Assembly: GCA_964475905.1 (NCBI GenBank)
Contig: CAYYXX010000001.1
Coordinates: 2,989-66,988 of the forward strand
Reading direction: 5' to 3'
Source: an uncultured Clostridium sp.
GTDB lineage: Bacteria > Bacillota_I > Bacilli_A > RF39 > UBA660
Length of the DNA: 64,000 nt
Shown: positions 9,769 to 21,542 of the stretch, piece by piece
How the letters are laid out: the number at the start of each line of letters is the position of its first letter
How positions within the stretch are numbered: the stretch's first letter is position 1
Made by a program: the position numbers and the translations under genes
The notes under the pieces: model-generated
Seen by the model: the letters and a program-made list of their open reading frames with translations, nothing else
Database searches by the model: none
What the model was told of the DNA's origin: nothing

Positions 9769-12312
9769 CTAATCCTTAATCTTATTTAAAATAATATTAA
9801 GCATATCTCTTTCTTTATTTAAAGCTTCTCTTTCCCTATTAACAATTTCACTAGGAGCCCTATTAACATAATTATCATTACTAAGAAGCTTCTCTCTTCT
9901 TTCAATAGAAGACTCTAAATTTTTCTTATCCTTAAGTAATTTTTCTCTTTCCACATGAAGATTATTACTATTATCATAAATAATAACAATAGCCATACCA
10001 GCATATTCAACTTTAGTACCATCATTACTAATATCCATAATCCTATCTTCAAGTTTCAACATATTAACAATAATATTTCTAGATATCTCATCATCAATAT
10101 CAATATATACAGAATAATCCCCAATATTACCAAGTTCAGCTTTTTTATTTCTAAACATAGTAATAAACTCAAGTACATTATCAATATTAGTATCAAATAT
10201 CTCATCTTTATTATATACAGGATAATCACTAATCATAATAGAAGACTCTCTACTAATAGGAATCATGCTATATATCTCTTCAGTAACATAAGGCATAAAA
10301 GGATGAAGCATTTTCAAAATATCCACAAGAACTCTAATAAGTACACTCTTAGTAGTAGTATCATCATAAAACTTTGAAAGCTCAATATACTTATCACAAA
10401 AATCACTCCAAATAAAGTCATATAAAGTATTACCAACAATATGAAAATCATACTTATCCATACTCTTAGTAACATTCTTAATAGTTAAATTAAGCTTAGT
10501 CAAAATCCATTTATCCTCTTCCTTAAGATTATCAAAAGAATAATCACTATCCCCAAATCCCTCTAATTTCATCAAAACAAATCTAGAAGCATTCCAAATC
10601 TTATTAATAAAATTCCAAGTAGACTTAACCTTATCCTCATCATATCTAAGATCCATACCGGGAGCAGTATTAGTAGTTAAGAAAAACCTAAGAGAATCAG
10701 CACCATACTTATCAATAACATCCATAGGATCAATACCATTACCAAGACTCTTACTCATCTTCCTACCCTGCTTATCCCTAATAAGACCATGAATTAAACA
10801 ATCCTTAAAAGGCCTCTCATTCAAAAACTCAAGTCCTTGAAAAGTCATTCTATTAACCCAAAAAGGAATAATATCATAACCAGTAACCAAAACATCATTA
10901 GGATAATATCTCTTAAGCATTTCAGTATCAAGAGGCCAACCTAAAGTACTAAAAGGCCATAAAGCAGAAGAAAACCAAGTATCTAAAACATCCTCATCTT
11001 GTATCCAACCATCACCAGTAGGTTCTTCCATACCAACATAAACCTCTTCCCCTCTATACCAAGCAGGAATTCTATGTCCCCACCATAACTGCCTAGAAAT
11101 ACACCAATCATAAGTAATTTCCATCCAATGATTCATTGTCTTCTCATATCTAGCAGGAACAAAATTAACCTTAGTATCCTTATTCTTCTGATTATCAAGA
11201 ACCCTATCAGCAAGAGGTCTCATTTTAACAAACCATTGTTTAGACAAATAAGGCTCAACCATAACATCACTTCTTTCAGAAAAACCAACATTATGATTAA
11301 TAGGTTCAACCTTAATAAGAAGCCCCATAGCATCAAGATCCTTAACCACCTCATCACGACAAGTAAACCTATCCATACCATTATACTTAAAAGCATTCTC
11401 ATTCATTGTACCATCAGGATTCATAACAATAATTCTCTCCAAATTATGCCTATTACCAACCTCAAAATCATTAGGATCATGAGCAGGAGTAATCTTAACA
11501 ACACCAGTACCAAAATCCATATCAGCATGATTATCCGCTAGTACAGGAATAAGCTTATTAACAATAGGAAGAATAACATTTTTACCAATATATTTCTTAT
11601 ATCTATCATCAAGAGGATTAACCACAACCGCCGTATCTCCAAATAAAGTCTCAGGTCTAGTAGTAGCAATCTCCAAATAATCATCTTCACCCTCAATCAT
11701 ATATTTAATATGATAAAAAGCTCCCTCTACATCCTTATAAATAACCTCTTCATTACTAAGAGCAGTCATAGCAGCAGGATCCCAGTTAATAATCCTTTCC
11801 CCCCTATAAATAAGTCCCTTATTATATAAATCAACAAAAACTTTTCGAACAGCATGAGAAAGACCCTCATCCAAAGTAAACCTTTCCTTATCATAATCTA
11901 AAGAAAGACCAAGTTTAGCCCATTGATTGTGGATATTATGAGCATATTCTTCTTTCCAAGACCAAGCAACCTTAAGCCACTCATCACGCCCCATTTCTCT
12001 AGGATTAATCCCCTCACTCTTAAGTTTCTTATCAACCTTAGCTTGCGTAGCAATACCAGCATGATCCATCCCGGGAAGCCATAAAACATCAAAACCTTGC
12101 ATTCTTTTATATCTAATAATAATATCCTGAATAGAAGTATCCCAAGCATGCCCTAAATGCAGTCTACCAGTAACATTAGGAGGAGGAATAACTATAGTAA
12201 AAGGCTCCTTACTTAAATCACCTGATTTAAAATACCCCTTTTCTTTCCAATTATCATACTTATCTTTCTCAACCATTAAATGGTCATATTTTTTATCAAG
12301 CACTATAAACAC
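9769..12312 (-). CDS. valS: valine--tRNA ligase
   Basis: 847 aa with HLGH and KMSKS class-I motifs, the editing domain and a C-terminal coiled coil. Confidence 0.95.
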   Translation of the reverse strand: MFIVLDKKYDHLMVEKDKYDNWKEKGYFKSGDLSKEPFTIVIPPPNVTGRLHLGHAWDTSIQDIIIRYKRMQGFDVLWLPGMDHAGIATQAKVDKKLKSEGINPREMGRDEWLKVAWSWKEEYAHNIHNQWAKLGLSLDYDKERFTLDEGLSHAVRKVFVDLYNKGLIYRGERIINWDPAAMTALSNEEVIYKDVEGAFYHIKYMIEGEDDYLEIATTRPETLFGDTAVVVNPLDDRYKKYIGKNVILPIVNKLIPVLADNHADMDFGTGVVKITPAHDPNDFEVGNRHNLERIIVMNPDGTMNENAFKYNGMDRFTCRDEVVKDLDAMGLLIKVEPINHNVGFSERSDVMVEPYLSKQWFVKMRPLADRVLDNQKNKDTKVNFVPARYEKTMNHWMEITYDWCISRQLWWGHRIPAWYRGEEVYVGMEEPTGDGWIQDEDVLDTWFSSALWPFSTLGWPLDTEMLKRYYPNDVLVTGYDIIPFWVNRMTFQGLEFLNERPFKDCLIHGLIRDKQGRKMSKSLGNGIDPMDVIDKYGADSLRFFLTTNTAPGMDLRYDEDKVKSTWNFINKIWNASRFVLMKLEGFGDSDYSFDNLKEEDKWILTKLNLTIKNVTKSMDKYDFHIVGNTLYDFIWSDFCDKYIELSKFYDDTTTKSVLIRVLVDILKMLHPFMPYVTEEIYSMIPISRESSIMISDYPVYNKDEIFDTNIDNVLEFITMFRNKKAELGNIGDYSVYIDIDDEISRNIIVNMLKLEDRIMDISNDGTKVEYAGMAIVIIYDNSNNLHVEREKLLKDKKNLESSIERREKLLSNDNYVNRAPSEIVNREREALNKERDMLNIILNKIKD

Positions 12313-13162
12313 CTATCTTTCTATCAACATAATCATTTAAAACAGCCATAAGTTGTTTAAAAAACACTTTTAACTCCTCACTATCAAAACATAAAGAGTC
12401 TAATATTCTAGAAATATAATTATTCTGCTTAAGTAAATAATAAGAATATCTATAATTAAAAGAATACATCTTAGATAAAGTAACTAAAACTTCATCACTT
12501 GCATTATCACTAACCTTTGAACTAATAGTTTTAAATTTCTTAAAATCCTCATAAACAAGACTATTAGGATAACTTTTAATAACAGTATCAACATAAGGAT
12601 AATTAACAAATAATCTAAAAAAATCTAAATTATGAGCATCCTTTATAATAGCACACATATGTTTAGTCTTCTCATCAATATCAGGAGGAAACCCATTCTT
12701 ATCATAAGCAAACAAAGTCATCTTAATAACATTATCATACTTAGTATCTTTACTAATTTCTCTAATTAACTTTTTTCCAAACAAAACATCAATAGTCCTT
12801 TTATAAGTATCATCTTCCGTATCCATCTGATAATTAGGAGTCTTAGAAAAGTTACCTATTTCATGAAATAACCCAATAAGTTCACAGACCGCTATCTCTT
12901 CAGAAGAAAAAATACCAAGACCAGTAGCAAGTTCTCTACATATTTCCATAACCTTAAGAGAGTGAAAATACCTAGATTTAATATATGAATTATTCATATC
13001 ATACTTTCTAACATATTGTTCAAATATTTTCATAATCCTCTCACTTTTCATAAATTCCTCCTTTTGGTTAATATAAGTATATACTAAAATACTATATTTT
13101 TCAAGTGTTATTTCACCTCGCACTAAAGTTGCTCGTTGTTTTATGAAGCCTAAGGTCTTCAT
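12296..13162 (-). CDS. HD-domain phosphohydrolase-like protein, co-transcribed with valS
   Basis: H...HD.G metal-binding signature (FHSLKV...GLFHEIG); overlaps the valS start by 17 nt. Confidence 0.6.
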   Translation of the reverse strand: MKTLGFIKQRATLVRGEITLEKYSILVYTYINQKEEFMKSERIMKIFEQYVRKYDMNNSYIKSRYFHSLKVMEICRELATGLGIFSSEEIAVCELIGLFHEIGNFSKTPNYQMDTEDDTYKRTIDVLFGKKLIREISKDTKYDNVIKMTLFAYDKNGFPPDIDEKTKHMCAIIKDAHNLDFFRLFVNYPYVDTVIKSYPNSLVYEDFKKFKTISSKVSDNASDEVLVTLSKMYSFNYRYSYYLLKQNNYISRILDSLCFDSEELKVFFKQLMAVLNDYVDRKIGVYSA

Positions 13163-13192
13163 AAAAAACTTTAGAGCCTAAGGTCTCTAAAG
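13143..13192 (-). terminator. tandem hairpins with CCTAAGGT loops; the downstream-most one (on the minus strand) is followed by U6, the likely terminator of the dnaE-gmk transcript
   Basis: atgaag-cctaaggt-cttcat and ctttagag-cctaaggt-ctctaaag. In the minus-strand RNA the second hairpin is followed by UUUUUU. Confidence 0.6.
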
Positions 13193-13311
13193 TTAAGATT
13201 ATTTTATTAATTTATCAGTATAACGAAGAGGAGCTATTGCTTTTATTAATTAATACAGGAAGTCATAGTGACTTGTTTAATACTGATTTTTCATTGAAGT
13301 TAATGTTCTCC

Positions 13312-13881
13312 TTATTTCCTCTTTTCCTTATTAATAATATCAATTATTTCAGTAACAGTTTTATCAACAGTATTGTTGATAACTACATAATCATACTTAT
13401 TACTATTCTTAATTTCCTCTTTAGCCATATCAAGTCTTTCATTAATAACCTCTTCAGAATCAGCTCCTCTAGTTCTAATTCTTCTTTCCAATTCTTCAAA
13501 AGAGGGAGGCATAAGAAAAATACTAATAGCTTCAGGATATATATTTTCAACAGAAAGAGCCCCCCTTATATCCAAAACACCAATAACATCATAACCCATA
13601 TCAATATTATCAAATACAAACTCACTCGGAGTCCCATAATAATTACCATTAAATAAAGTATACTCTAAAACCTCATTATTCTTAATACTATCTTCAAAAG
13701 TTTTAACATCAACAAAGAAATAATCTTTACCATCTATTTCATTAAACCTCTTATCTCTCGTAGTCATAGACACAGAATAAATAGCCTTAGTCCTTTCAAC
13801 AAGAGCCTTAGCCACAGTATCCTTACCAACACCACCGGGTCCAGAAATAACAACAAATTTACCTTTATTCACATTTATCAC
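13312..13881 (-). CDS. gmk: guanylate kinase
   Basis: GPGGVGKDT P-loop and guanylate-kinase fold; 189 aa. Confidence 0.9.
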   Translation of the reverse strand: MINVNKGKFVVISGPGGVGKDTVAKALVERTKAIYSVSMTTRDKRFNEIDGKDYFFVDVKTFEDSIKNNEVLEYTLFNGNYYGTPSEFVFDNIDMGYDVIGVLDIRGALSVENIYPEAISIFLMPPSFEELERRIRTRGADSEEVINERLDMAKEEIKNSNKYDYVVINNTVDKTVTEIIDIINKEKRK

Positions 13882-16796
13882 TCCAATACATTAAAATTAT
13901 TAATAATAATCTGATATTTATCATATCTTCTTTCAACTCTACCAAAAACTTTTAAAATATTCCCCACCTTAACAGAAGAAAATTTCTTATAGACATTAGG
14001 AAAACAAGTAAATTGAATTTCACCAAATTCATCACTACCAGTAATAAAAGCCATAACATCATTATTCTTAGTAGTAGTCTCTCTTAAACTACTAATCATA
14101 ACAACTACAATAACATTCTTATTAAAAAAGCGACTAATATTAGAACTATTAACCCCAATCCCCTCATCCCTATACTTAACAGACGGATGTTCAGTAAGAT
14201 AAAAACCAATAGTTTTAAGTTCTAAAGAAGTAAGAATAGAATTATCAAACTCATCATACTCAGTAATTTCAGGCTTCAAAGCCTCAATAAGTCCAGAGTC
14301 TTTAGCAATATCAGCATAATTAAGAATAGTATCTAAATTTTGAATTAAAGTTCTTTTATTATATCCAAAATTCAAAGCCCCTGCATAAATAAGATTAGAA
14401 ATAATCTTCTTACCAATTCCATAATTAACACATCTAGTAATAAAATCAATCGGAGATAAAAATAACCCCTTTTCCCTTTCATTTAAAATATCATTAGAAA
14501 TAGAATTACCAACTCCAATAACAATAGATAAAGGACATCTAATCCCCTCTTGAGAAACAAAAAATTTATCACTACTTTCGTTAACATCAGGAGCAAGAAT
14601 TCTAATCCCATCTCTTCTAGCTCTATTAATATAAGTATTAAGTTTAGCACTATTACCAATAGAATTAGTAAGAATACCCGCGATAAAATATTTAAGAAAA
14701 TGCGTTTTAATAAAAGCCATTTTATAAGCTGTTATTGCATAAGAAACAGAATGAGATTTATTAAAACCATAATTAGCAAATTTAAGAATTAAATCATATA
14801 CTCTTGAAGATACCTCTTCATCATAACCATTATTTAAGCATCCCTTTATAAACTTAGGTCTTTCTGCAAGAATAACACTTTCTTTCTTCTTAGACATAGC
14901 TCTTCTTAAAATATCTGCCTCACCAAAAGAATAACCTGCCATCTTTCTAACAATTTGCATAATCTGCTCCTGATAAATAATAATACCATAAGTAGGTCTT
15001 AAAATATCTTCTAAATCAGGATGAATATAATCAATAACTTCTCTTCCCTCTCTTCTAGCAATAAATAAATCAATATTATCCATAGGACCGGGTCTATATA
15101 AAGCAAGAGCAGTCGATATATCAAGAAAAGAATTAATTTTAAGCTTAGCCAAAAATCTTTTCATTCCGGGAGATTCAAACTGAAAAATACCATCAGTATC
15201 AACATCATAAAAAACTTTCAAAGTCTGTTTATCATCTAAAGGAATTTTATCAAAACTAATATTAATTTTTTCTTTCTTTCTAATTTCCTCAATAACATTA
15301 CTAATTAAAGTTAAATTATCAAGTCCTAAAAAATCCATCTTAAGAAGCCCCAAAGGTTCTAAGTAATCCTTAGAAAAACCAGATACATACATATTAAGAG
15401 AAGTTTTATATAAAGGAATAACATTATCAATATCCACACTACTCATAACAATACCAGCAGCATGAATAGAAATATGTCTAGGAAGACCCTCAAGATAAGT
15501 AGAAATATCATAAAGATTTTTATAATCACTATTTGAATTAATAAGTCTATAAAATTTACTACCACTAACATAACTATCCTTAAGTTCCCGAGTAGTAATA
15601 GATTTAGCAATCTCATCAATAATAGGAAGAGAAATATTAAGAATTCTACCAACATCACGAATAACCTGTTTAGCCCCTAAAGTATTAAAAGAAATAATAC
15701 CAACCGCCCTCTTTTCACCATACTTATTCATAACATAATTAGTAACAATATTTCTCTTATCACTATCAAAATCAATATCAATATCAGGCATGGTTACCCT
15801 TTCAGGATTTAAAAATCTTTCAAACAATAAATCATACTTAATAGGATCAACATCCGTAATACCAATAGAATAACTAACTAAACTACCCGCTGCACTTCCC
15901 CTCCCAGGTCCCACTAAAATATTATTAAATTTAGCATACTTAACATAATCCCAAACAACCAAAAAATAATCACAAAATCCCATTTTATTAATAACATCAA
16001 GTTCATATTTAAGTCTATTCTTATAAACATCATTAACATTACCATTTAATCTTTTATTAAGTCCCTTATTACATAAATTACAAAGAAATTCAAAAGAATT
16101 AATATTCTTATCATAAATAGGAAGAAGATTTTTATTATTATCAAAAGAGACATTACAAGAATTAACAATATATTCCATATTAATTAAAGCCTGATCATCA
16201 ATAAAATAATTAAATTCATCACTATCAAGTAAATGTCTATTTTTATAAGTATTAAGTTCAAATTCCCCCAGTTTTTTATCTTCCCTAATCATCATAAGAT
16301 AATCAAGATACTTATAATCATCCTTATAAATATAAGAAATATCACTAATAAAAACAGCCTTATTCCCAATATTCTCTCTCTCTTCTACACTAGAATACCC
16401 AATAAAGAACTCATCAAAAAGATCTATAATATCCCCATTATAAGAAGAAATAGGCATAATTAAAACAATATTTTTAGAGTAAAGCTTAAGATCATCATAA
16501 GAAATCTCTCTATCAGAAATAATCGTAGATAACTTAATAAGATTTTTATACCCATCATTATTTTTAGCAATTAAAATAAAATTGTTAAAAGAGTATTTAA
16601 TCTCCATTCCAATAATAGGCTTAATATCATTCTTAATACAAGCAAGATAAAATTCATACACTCCAAACATATTGTTAACATCAGTAATAGCTAAAGAGAA
16701 GTAACCAAGCTCTTTAGCCCTTTTTGTCAAAATATCAATTCTATTTAAACTACTTAAAATAGAATAACAAGTTTTAACTTCTAAAGCACAAAGCAT
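13878..16796 (-). CDS. dnaE: DNA polymerase III alpha subunit (DnaE-type)
   Basis: 972 aa; N-terminal PHP domain, polymerase core and fingers, C-terminal OB fold; RBS GGAGG. Confidence 0.9.
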   Translation of the reverse strand: MLCALEVKTCYSILSSLNRIDILTKRAKELGYFSLAITDVNNMFGVYEFYLACIKNDIKPIIGMEIKYSFNNFILIAKNNDGYKNLIKLSTIISDREISYDDLKLYSKNIVLIMPISSYNGDIIDLFDEFFIGYSSVEERENIGNKAVFISDISYIYKDDYKYLDYLMMIREDKKLGEFELNTYKNRHLLDSDEFNYFIDDQALINMEYIVNSCNVSFDNNKNLLPIYDKNINSFEFLCNLCNKGLNKRLNGNVNDVYKNRLKYELDVINKMGFCDYFLVVWDYVKYAKFNNILVGPGRGSAAGSLVSYSIGITDVDPIKYDLLFERFLNPERVTMPDIDIDFDSDKRNIVTNYVMNKYGEKRAVGIISFNTLGAKQVIRDVGRILNISLPIIDEIAKSITTRELKDSYVSGSKFYRLINSNSDYKNLYDISTYLEGLPRHISIHAAGIVMSSVDIDNVIPLYKTSLNMYVSGFSKDYLEPLGLLKMDFLGLDNLTLISNVIEEIRKKEKINISFDKIPLDDKQTLKVFYDVDTDGIFQFESPGMKRFLAKLKINSFLDISTALALYRPGPMDNIDLFIARREGREVIDYIHPDLEDILRPTYGIIIYQEQIMQIVRKMAGYSFGEADILRRAMSKKKESVILAERPKFIKGCLNNGYDEEVSSRVYDLILKFANYGFNKSHSVSYAITAYKMAFIKTHFLKYFIAGILTNSIGNSAKLNTYINRARRDGIRILAPDVNESSDKFFVSQEGIRCPLSIVIGVGNSISNDILNEREKGLFLSPIDFITRCVNYGIGKKIISNLIYAGALNFGYNKRTLIQNLDTILNYADIAKDSGLIEALKPEITEYDEFDNSILTSLELKTIGFYLTEHPSVKYRDEGIGVNSSNISRFFNKNVIVVVMISSLRETTTKNNDVMAFITGSDEFGEIQFTCFPNVYKKFSSVKVGNILKVFGRVERRYDKYQIIINNFNVLE

Positions 16797-16818
16797 AATT
16801 ACTCCTCCTTATCAAAAA

Positions 16819-17127
16819 TTAATATCTAAGTAATAAATAAGTAATAATAAATCCAGAAATAGCAATAATTCCCGCTAAAGTAATAACACCAGCAAACCCA
16901 TTACTACCAATACCAATATTAGCTACATTCTTAGAATTATTAATCTCCTTAGATAAAACCTTAGTTTTAGGCTTATTAACCAAAGTAATAGCCTCAGGCA
17001 TTTCAATAGGAGCCCCACTTCCTTCTATTTCTAATCTAGAAGTACCATTCCTATCAACAAAAGTTTTTTCTAATTTATTAGGATTAAACTCAAAACCATA
17101 ATCATTCTCTTTCATACCTACCCTCAC
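16819..17127 (-). CDS. hypothetical small protein with a C-terminal TM anchor
   Basis: 102-aa ORF between dnaI and dnaE, with a 4-nt overlap with the dnaI stop; no motif. Confidence 0.35.
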   Translation of the reverse strand: MRVGMKENDYGFEFNPNKLEKTFVDRNGTSRLEIEGSGAPIEMPEAITLVNKPKTKVLSKEINNSKNVANIGIGSNGFAGVITLAGIIAISGFIITYLLLRY

Positions 17128-18035
17128 TTTCTTCTATTCTCCGCAATCATAGTAATACTATCTGTTAAATACTTAATTCTCTCAATAATTCGTCTTGCCT
17201 TAATTTTACCCTCAATATCATTACCAATAAGATGAATCTCCAATTCCTTAAGAGATAAATTAGAAGTAAAAAAAGTAGGTAAATACTCTTGCATCCGATA
17301 CTGCAGAATAGTTCCTAAAACTTCATCTCTATTCCAACTAGTAACAGTCTCTGCTCCAATATCATCAATTAAAAGTAAATCACATTTTTTAACTTTATCA
17401 AAAATCTCTTTATAATCATCAGAGAATCTCTCTTTAAGACTTCTTAAAAACTCTGGATAATATAAGCAAGCAACTTTCTTACCCTTTTTAGCAAGTTCAT
17501 TAAAACAAGCCGCCACTACATATGTTTTACCACATCCAAAGTTACCTGTCAAGAATAAACCCTTACTTTTTTCTCCATTTTCTTGTTTTTTAATAAAAGT
17601 AGTAAGCCATTTAATTGTTTCAAGTCTATTCTTATCATCAGTATAAATCTCTTTCATAGAAGCATTAACAATCTCACAAGGCATATCAAAAGAAATAATA
17701 TTCTCTCTATAAGCATTCTCTGTATCCATTTTCTTCTTATACTTACAAGGAACATAAGAAAAAACAATATTTCCCTGTTCAATAATAGGATAATAAACAT
17801 ATCCACATAATTCATTTTTACATTCCATAATATTCTTACAATTCTTACAATTCTTAAGTTCTAAAGCAGAATCCTCAATACTAGAAGTATACTTAATAAG
17901 TTCATCTCTAGAAATCTTAAGTTTAGAGACAATCTTCTTAAAAGTATCATCCTCCATAGCAATATCAAAATTTCTCTCTAATGCGTATCTATCAAAACTA
18001 TACTTATTACCCATAATATTTTTAGCATCTTTCAT
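17124..18035 (-). CDS. dnaI: primosomal helicase loader DnaI
   Basis: N-terminal Cys-rich zinc-binding region plus an AAA+ Walker A (GNFGCGKTY) and Walker B (LLLIDDIG). Confidence 0.8.
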   Translation of the reverse strand: MKDAKNIMGNKYSFDRYALERNFDIAMEDDTFKKIVSKLKISRDELIKYTSSIEDSALELKNCKNCKNIMECKNELCGYVYYPIIEQGNIVFSYVPCKYKKKMDTENAYRENIISFDMPCEIVNASMKEIYTDDKNRLETIKWLTTFIKKQENGEKSKGLFLTGNFGCGKTYVVAACFNELAKKGKKVACLYYPEFLRSLKERFSDDYKEIFDKVKKCDLLLIDDIGAETVTSWNRDEVLGTILQYRMQEYLPTFFTSNLSLKELEIHLIGNDIEGKIKARRIIERIKYLTDSITMIAENRRK

Positions 18036-19318
18036 TACTTATACTCCTTTAAAAGTTCTTCTAGCTGATTATCCTCACCATCACTAATTATATTTTTTTC
18101 AATTTCCTTATCAAACCAATCAGGAATTTTAGCATTAACCCTTTTTTCTTCTAATTTCTTTTTACTTCTCTTTTTATGTTCCTTTTCACAAAGACTCATA
18201 GCATCCTCAACAGTCTCAATTCCTTTTCTTTGCCATTCCCCAGCCATCATTTCAACAAGCCCTCTTGTAAGCTTTTTATCATTAACATTAAGAATATAAT
18301 CAATAAGAACATTAACAACCCCAGGTTTCAATTTATAATCAATACACAAATCTTCCACCAATTTCAAATCTCTTCTAGTAGGCTCATTACCCTTATTCTT
18401 ACTAATAAGAAGTTCTCTAGGAGAAATAGTCTCAAAAGTATAAATCATTTTAGCTCTCTTAGAAGTATCACCAACAGGCTTTCTTAAATACTCAGGCTGA
18501 CATCTAGAAACAATAGTAGGAAGATTACCCCCATTATCAAACTGATAAATATTTCTAGCACCCTTTCTTAACATTTCTTTATTAATAGTACCTTTCTCAT
18601 TAAAAGAAGCCATAACAATATTAGACATCTTAATAGCATCAATATCATAAATAAAAGATAAACTAATAATAAGTTCCTTAATCTCTTTAGTAAAAACTTT
18701 ATTAGTATCAATATTCTTAGGCATAGAATTTACAAGAAAATTAAAATCAAAATTACTATTAATACTAAGCTTAAGCCTATTATATTTTCTAATATCCTCA
18801 AGGGACATTTCATAAGAAGTCATACAAGTACTCTCAAAAACCTCATTAAACTTTTTCGTAACATCAGTATAACCCGTAGTATTAAATCTAGGCATTTTAA
18901 AACTCTTAACTAAATTATCATATTCAATTTTACCAATATTACTATATAAAACAATATTAAGAATAGGATGAGACAAAAATTCCATAGCACTAGCAGGACT
19001 ATATAGCTCATACACATAATTATTAACACTACCCTCTTTTACCAAAGATTTAATAAGACAAATAGCTTCTAATTTTCCTCTAGCCTCTTCAACTTCATTA
19101 ATAGTCATTCTAAGATTAGAAACTATCTTTTGATGTGTATAAACCGAACTAACAATTAATGAATTATCCAAATCAACCCAAAGTAAAAAATAAAGCATAA
19201 CAGCATCAATACCAATAACAGGGAGATATAAACTAGTAATAATTTTTCTATCTTCATCATGTAATATTGTTTTATTAATAACAACATAAGTATCAGCGGG
19301 TAAAAGATTATGTTTCAT
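18035..19318 (-). CDS. dnaB: replication initiation and membrane attachment protein (Firmicute DnaB/DnaD-like)
   Basis: C-terminal DDBH2 motif (YILNV...GEWQRKGIETVEDA) and dnaB-dnaI synteny. Start at MKHNLL is uncertain; the track ORF extends 45 codons upstream. Confidence 0.7.
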   Translation of the reverse strand: MKHNLLPADTYVVINKTILHDEDRKIITSLYLPVIGIDAVMLYFLLWVDLDNSLIVSSVYTHQKIVSNLRMTINEVEEARGKLEAICLIKSLVKEGSVNNYVYELYSPASAMEFLSHPILNIVLYSNIGKIEYDNLVKSFKMPRFNTTGYTDVTKKFNEVFESTCMTSYEMSLEDIRKYNRLKLSINSNFDFNFLVNSMPKNIDTNKVFTKEIKELIISLSFIYDIDAIKMSNIVMASFNEKGTINKEMLRKGARNIYQFDNGGNLPTIVSRCQPEYLRKPVGDTSKRAKMIYTFETISPRELLISKNKGNEPTRRDLKLVEDLCIDYKLKPGVVNVLIDYILNVNDKKLTRGLVEMMAGEWQRKGIETVEDAMSLCEKEHKKRSKKKLEEKRVNAKIPDWFDKEIEKNIISDGEDNQLEELLKEYK

Positions 19319-19407
19319 AAAAAATCCCTGCCTTTCTCTATATATTGTATAATAAAAAAAAATAAAAGTAAAGAAAAAAGAAGCCAAAATAACCTCCCTT
19401 AAAAACT

Positions 19408-20073
19408 CTATTTTTTCTTCCAAAAACAAAGTAAAGAAATAATAAATAAACAAATACCAATAATAAAAATATAAGAGTTATATTGATATAAAAAAGAACT
19501 AACTAAATTAACAAAGATATGAACTAAACTAATCTTAATCACATCTCTAGTCTTAATAAAAATATAACCATTAATAATTCCAATAAAAAAAGCAATAACA
19601 AGTGATAAAAAATTAGAATGGGCTATAGCGAAAATAAAACTAGATAAAAAAATAATAACCCACTTATTAGAAATAAACTTCTCAAGCTTTATAATAAATA
19701 AATACCTAAACAAAATCTCTTCAAAAATAGGACCAACAATACTAGAAGCTACAACAATAAGAAGAATAGAAATATCATAATCCTGATAAGAATAAATACC
19801 ATATTTATAAAGAAGCATATTATAAATAATAGATATAGATAATCCCAGTAAAATATAAGGAAAATAATTATTTTTATCATTAAAAGAAATATCAATTCTC
19901 TTCATATTAAAAATAATAAATAAAATATCAAATACCATAATCAAAATAGTACCAATATAATAACTCCTACTAACACTAAAAACAATAATAGAAAGAATAA
20001 GAATAAAATATTGAATAAAAAAAACAATTATTATTTCTTTTAAAGATAAAATAAAATTCCATAAATACTTCAT
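19408..20073 (-). CDS. CPBP-family (CAAX) intramembrane metalloprotease
   Basis: Multi-pass membrane protein with EEILFR and FxxxH motifs. Confidence 0.65.
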   Translation of the reverse strand: MKYLWNFILSLKEIIIVFFIQYFILILSIIVFSVSRSYYIGTILIMVFDILFIIFNMKRIDISFNDKNNYFPYILLGLSISIIYNMLLYKYGIYSYQDYDISILLIVVASSIVGPIFEEILFRYLFIIKLEKFISNKWVIIFLSSFIFAIAHSNFLSLVIAFFIGIINGYIFIKTRDVIKISLVHIFVNLVSSFLYQYNSYIFIIGICLFIISLLCFWKKK

Positions 20074-20139
20074 AAAACCTCCAAATAAAAATAAGATAGC
20101 TTAAATACAACTAGCTGTCTTATATAAAAGTACTTCATT

Positions 20140-20352
20140 TTAAGCCTTAACATTAGTCTCGGTAGAAACATTAATAGCTTGTAAACCTTTAGCTGTTTCA
20201 ATAAGTTCGAATTCTACAATTTGACCTTCAGATAATGATTTATAGCCATCTTGCTTAATAGCAGAATAGTGAACGAAAATATCTTCGCCATTAGGATAAT
20301 CAATAAAGCCATAACCCTTATCATTGTTAAACCATTTAACTCTTCCTTGCAC
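20140..20352 (-). CDS. cspA: cold-shock protein (CspA family)
   Basis: [17 protein letters not shown]...VHYSAI RNP motifs; 70 aa; about 250-nt upstream untranslated region. Confidence 0.9.
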   Translation of the reverse strand: MQGRVKWFNNDKGYGFIDYPNGEDIFVHYSAIKQDGYKSLSEGQIVEFELIETAKGLQAINVSTETNVKA

Positions 20353-20599
20353 TTTGCCACCTCACTTTTCTTAACTTCCCTACAAGAATATTATAATATA
20401 CTGCACAACCCTTTTGCAAACAATTAAGTATGACAAAATTCGACAAATACTCTTAAGATGAACACTTACTCTTACCGCAAGCAAAACAATCATACCACCA
20501 ATTAACTACCAATAACCCTCTTCACATACAAATAAAGAAAACGAGATACCAAAAGGGCTAAAGTTAACTGTTTGTGTACAAAAAAAATAGATAAAAAAT

Positions 20600-21478
20600 C
20601 TATTTAATTTCCACATTCATAATTTCAAGAATTCTATTCAAATCATTAGCATTTTCAAAATAAATACAAACCTTCTTACTATCTACCTTAACCTTAGTAC
20701 CAAGAAAATCCCTAAGCTCATTCTCAATATGAAAATAATTAGCATCTGCTCTCTTCCTAGAAACAGGAATTCTCTTTTTAATTTCTTCATTCTTACTAAT
20801 CTCTTCTAAATCATGAACACTCATATTATTTTTAATAACCTCATCAGCAAGACTATTAATCTTTTCAGTATCCTCCATCTTAGAAAGAACTCTAGCATGT
20901 CCCATAGAAATTTCTCCATCAAGAATCTTCTTTTGAATATCTTGAGGTAAATTAAGAAGTCCTAAAGTATTAGTAATATGACTTCTACTCTTACCAATCT
21001 TTCTAGCTAAATCCTCTTGTCTAATATCTAAATTATCAATAATCCCCTTATAAGCCCAAGCAAGCTCTATCGCAGTAAGATTCTCCCTTTGAATATTCTC
21101 AAGTAAAGAAATCTCTCTCATCTCTTCATCAGAAAACTCCTTAACAATAGCGGGAATCTTATCCATACCAGCTATCTTACTAGCTCTAAGTCTTCTTTCA
21201 CCAGCAATAAGATCATAACCTTTGATCCCCTTTTTTACTATAATAGGTTGAAAAACTCCATAATTCTTAATAGACTCAGCCAATTCATTAAGAGCCTCTT
21301 CATTAAAAGTTTTTCTTGGCTGATAAGGATTAGGCCGAACATCATTAACATCAATTTCCATTACTTCATCAGCAGAAGCATTTTCCATAACATTACTTTC
21401 AAAAGTATCAAAATCAAGTACTTCACTAGAAAATAATTCTTCTAGTCCCTTACCTAAGGCTTTCTTCTTCTGTTCCAT
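20600..21478 (-). CDS. parB: chromosome partitioning protein ParB/Spo0J
   Basis: ParB box GERRxRA, HTH and C-terminal dimerisation domain. Confidence 0.9.
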   Translation of the reverse strand: MEQKKKALGKGLEELFSSEVLDFDTFESNVMENASADEVMEIDVNDVRPNPYQPRKTFNEEALNELAESIKNYGVFQPIIVKKGIKGYDLIAGERRLRASKIAGMDKIPAIVKEFSDEEMREISLLENIQRENLTAIELAWAYKGIIDNLDIRQEDLARKIGKSRSHITNTLGLLNLPQDIQKKILDGEISMGHARVLSKMEDTEKINSLADEVIKNNMSVHDLEEISKNEEIKKRIPVSRKRADANYFHIENELRDFLGTKVKVDSKKVCIYFENANDLNRILEIMNVEIK

Positions 21479-21542
21479 TTCTTATAATAAACTACTTTGC
21501 TAAATTAAGATAATCAATATTACATTTATTCCTAGGATAATA

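Noticed and set aside
13163-13311. Expected a T-box riboswitch leader upstream of the HD-valS operon
   Set aside because: The minus-strand sequence lacks the AANNNGGGTGGNACCGCG T-box and a recognisable specifier-loop or stem-I architecture. The hairpins present are the CCTAAGGT-loop terminators of the upstream gmk transcript, followed by a plain TTGAAA-17-TATACT promoter.
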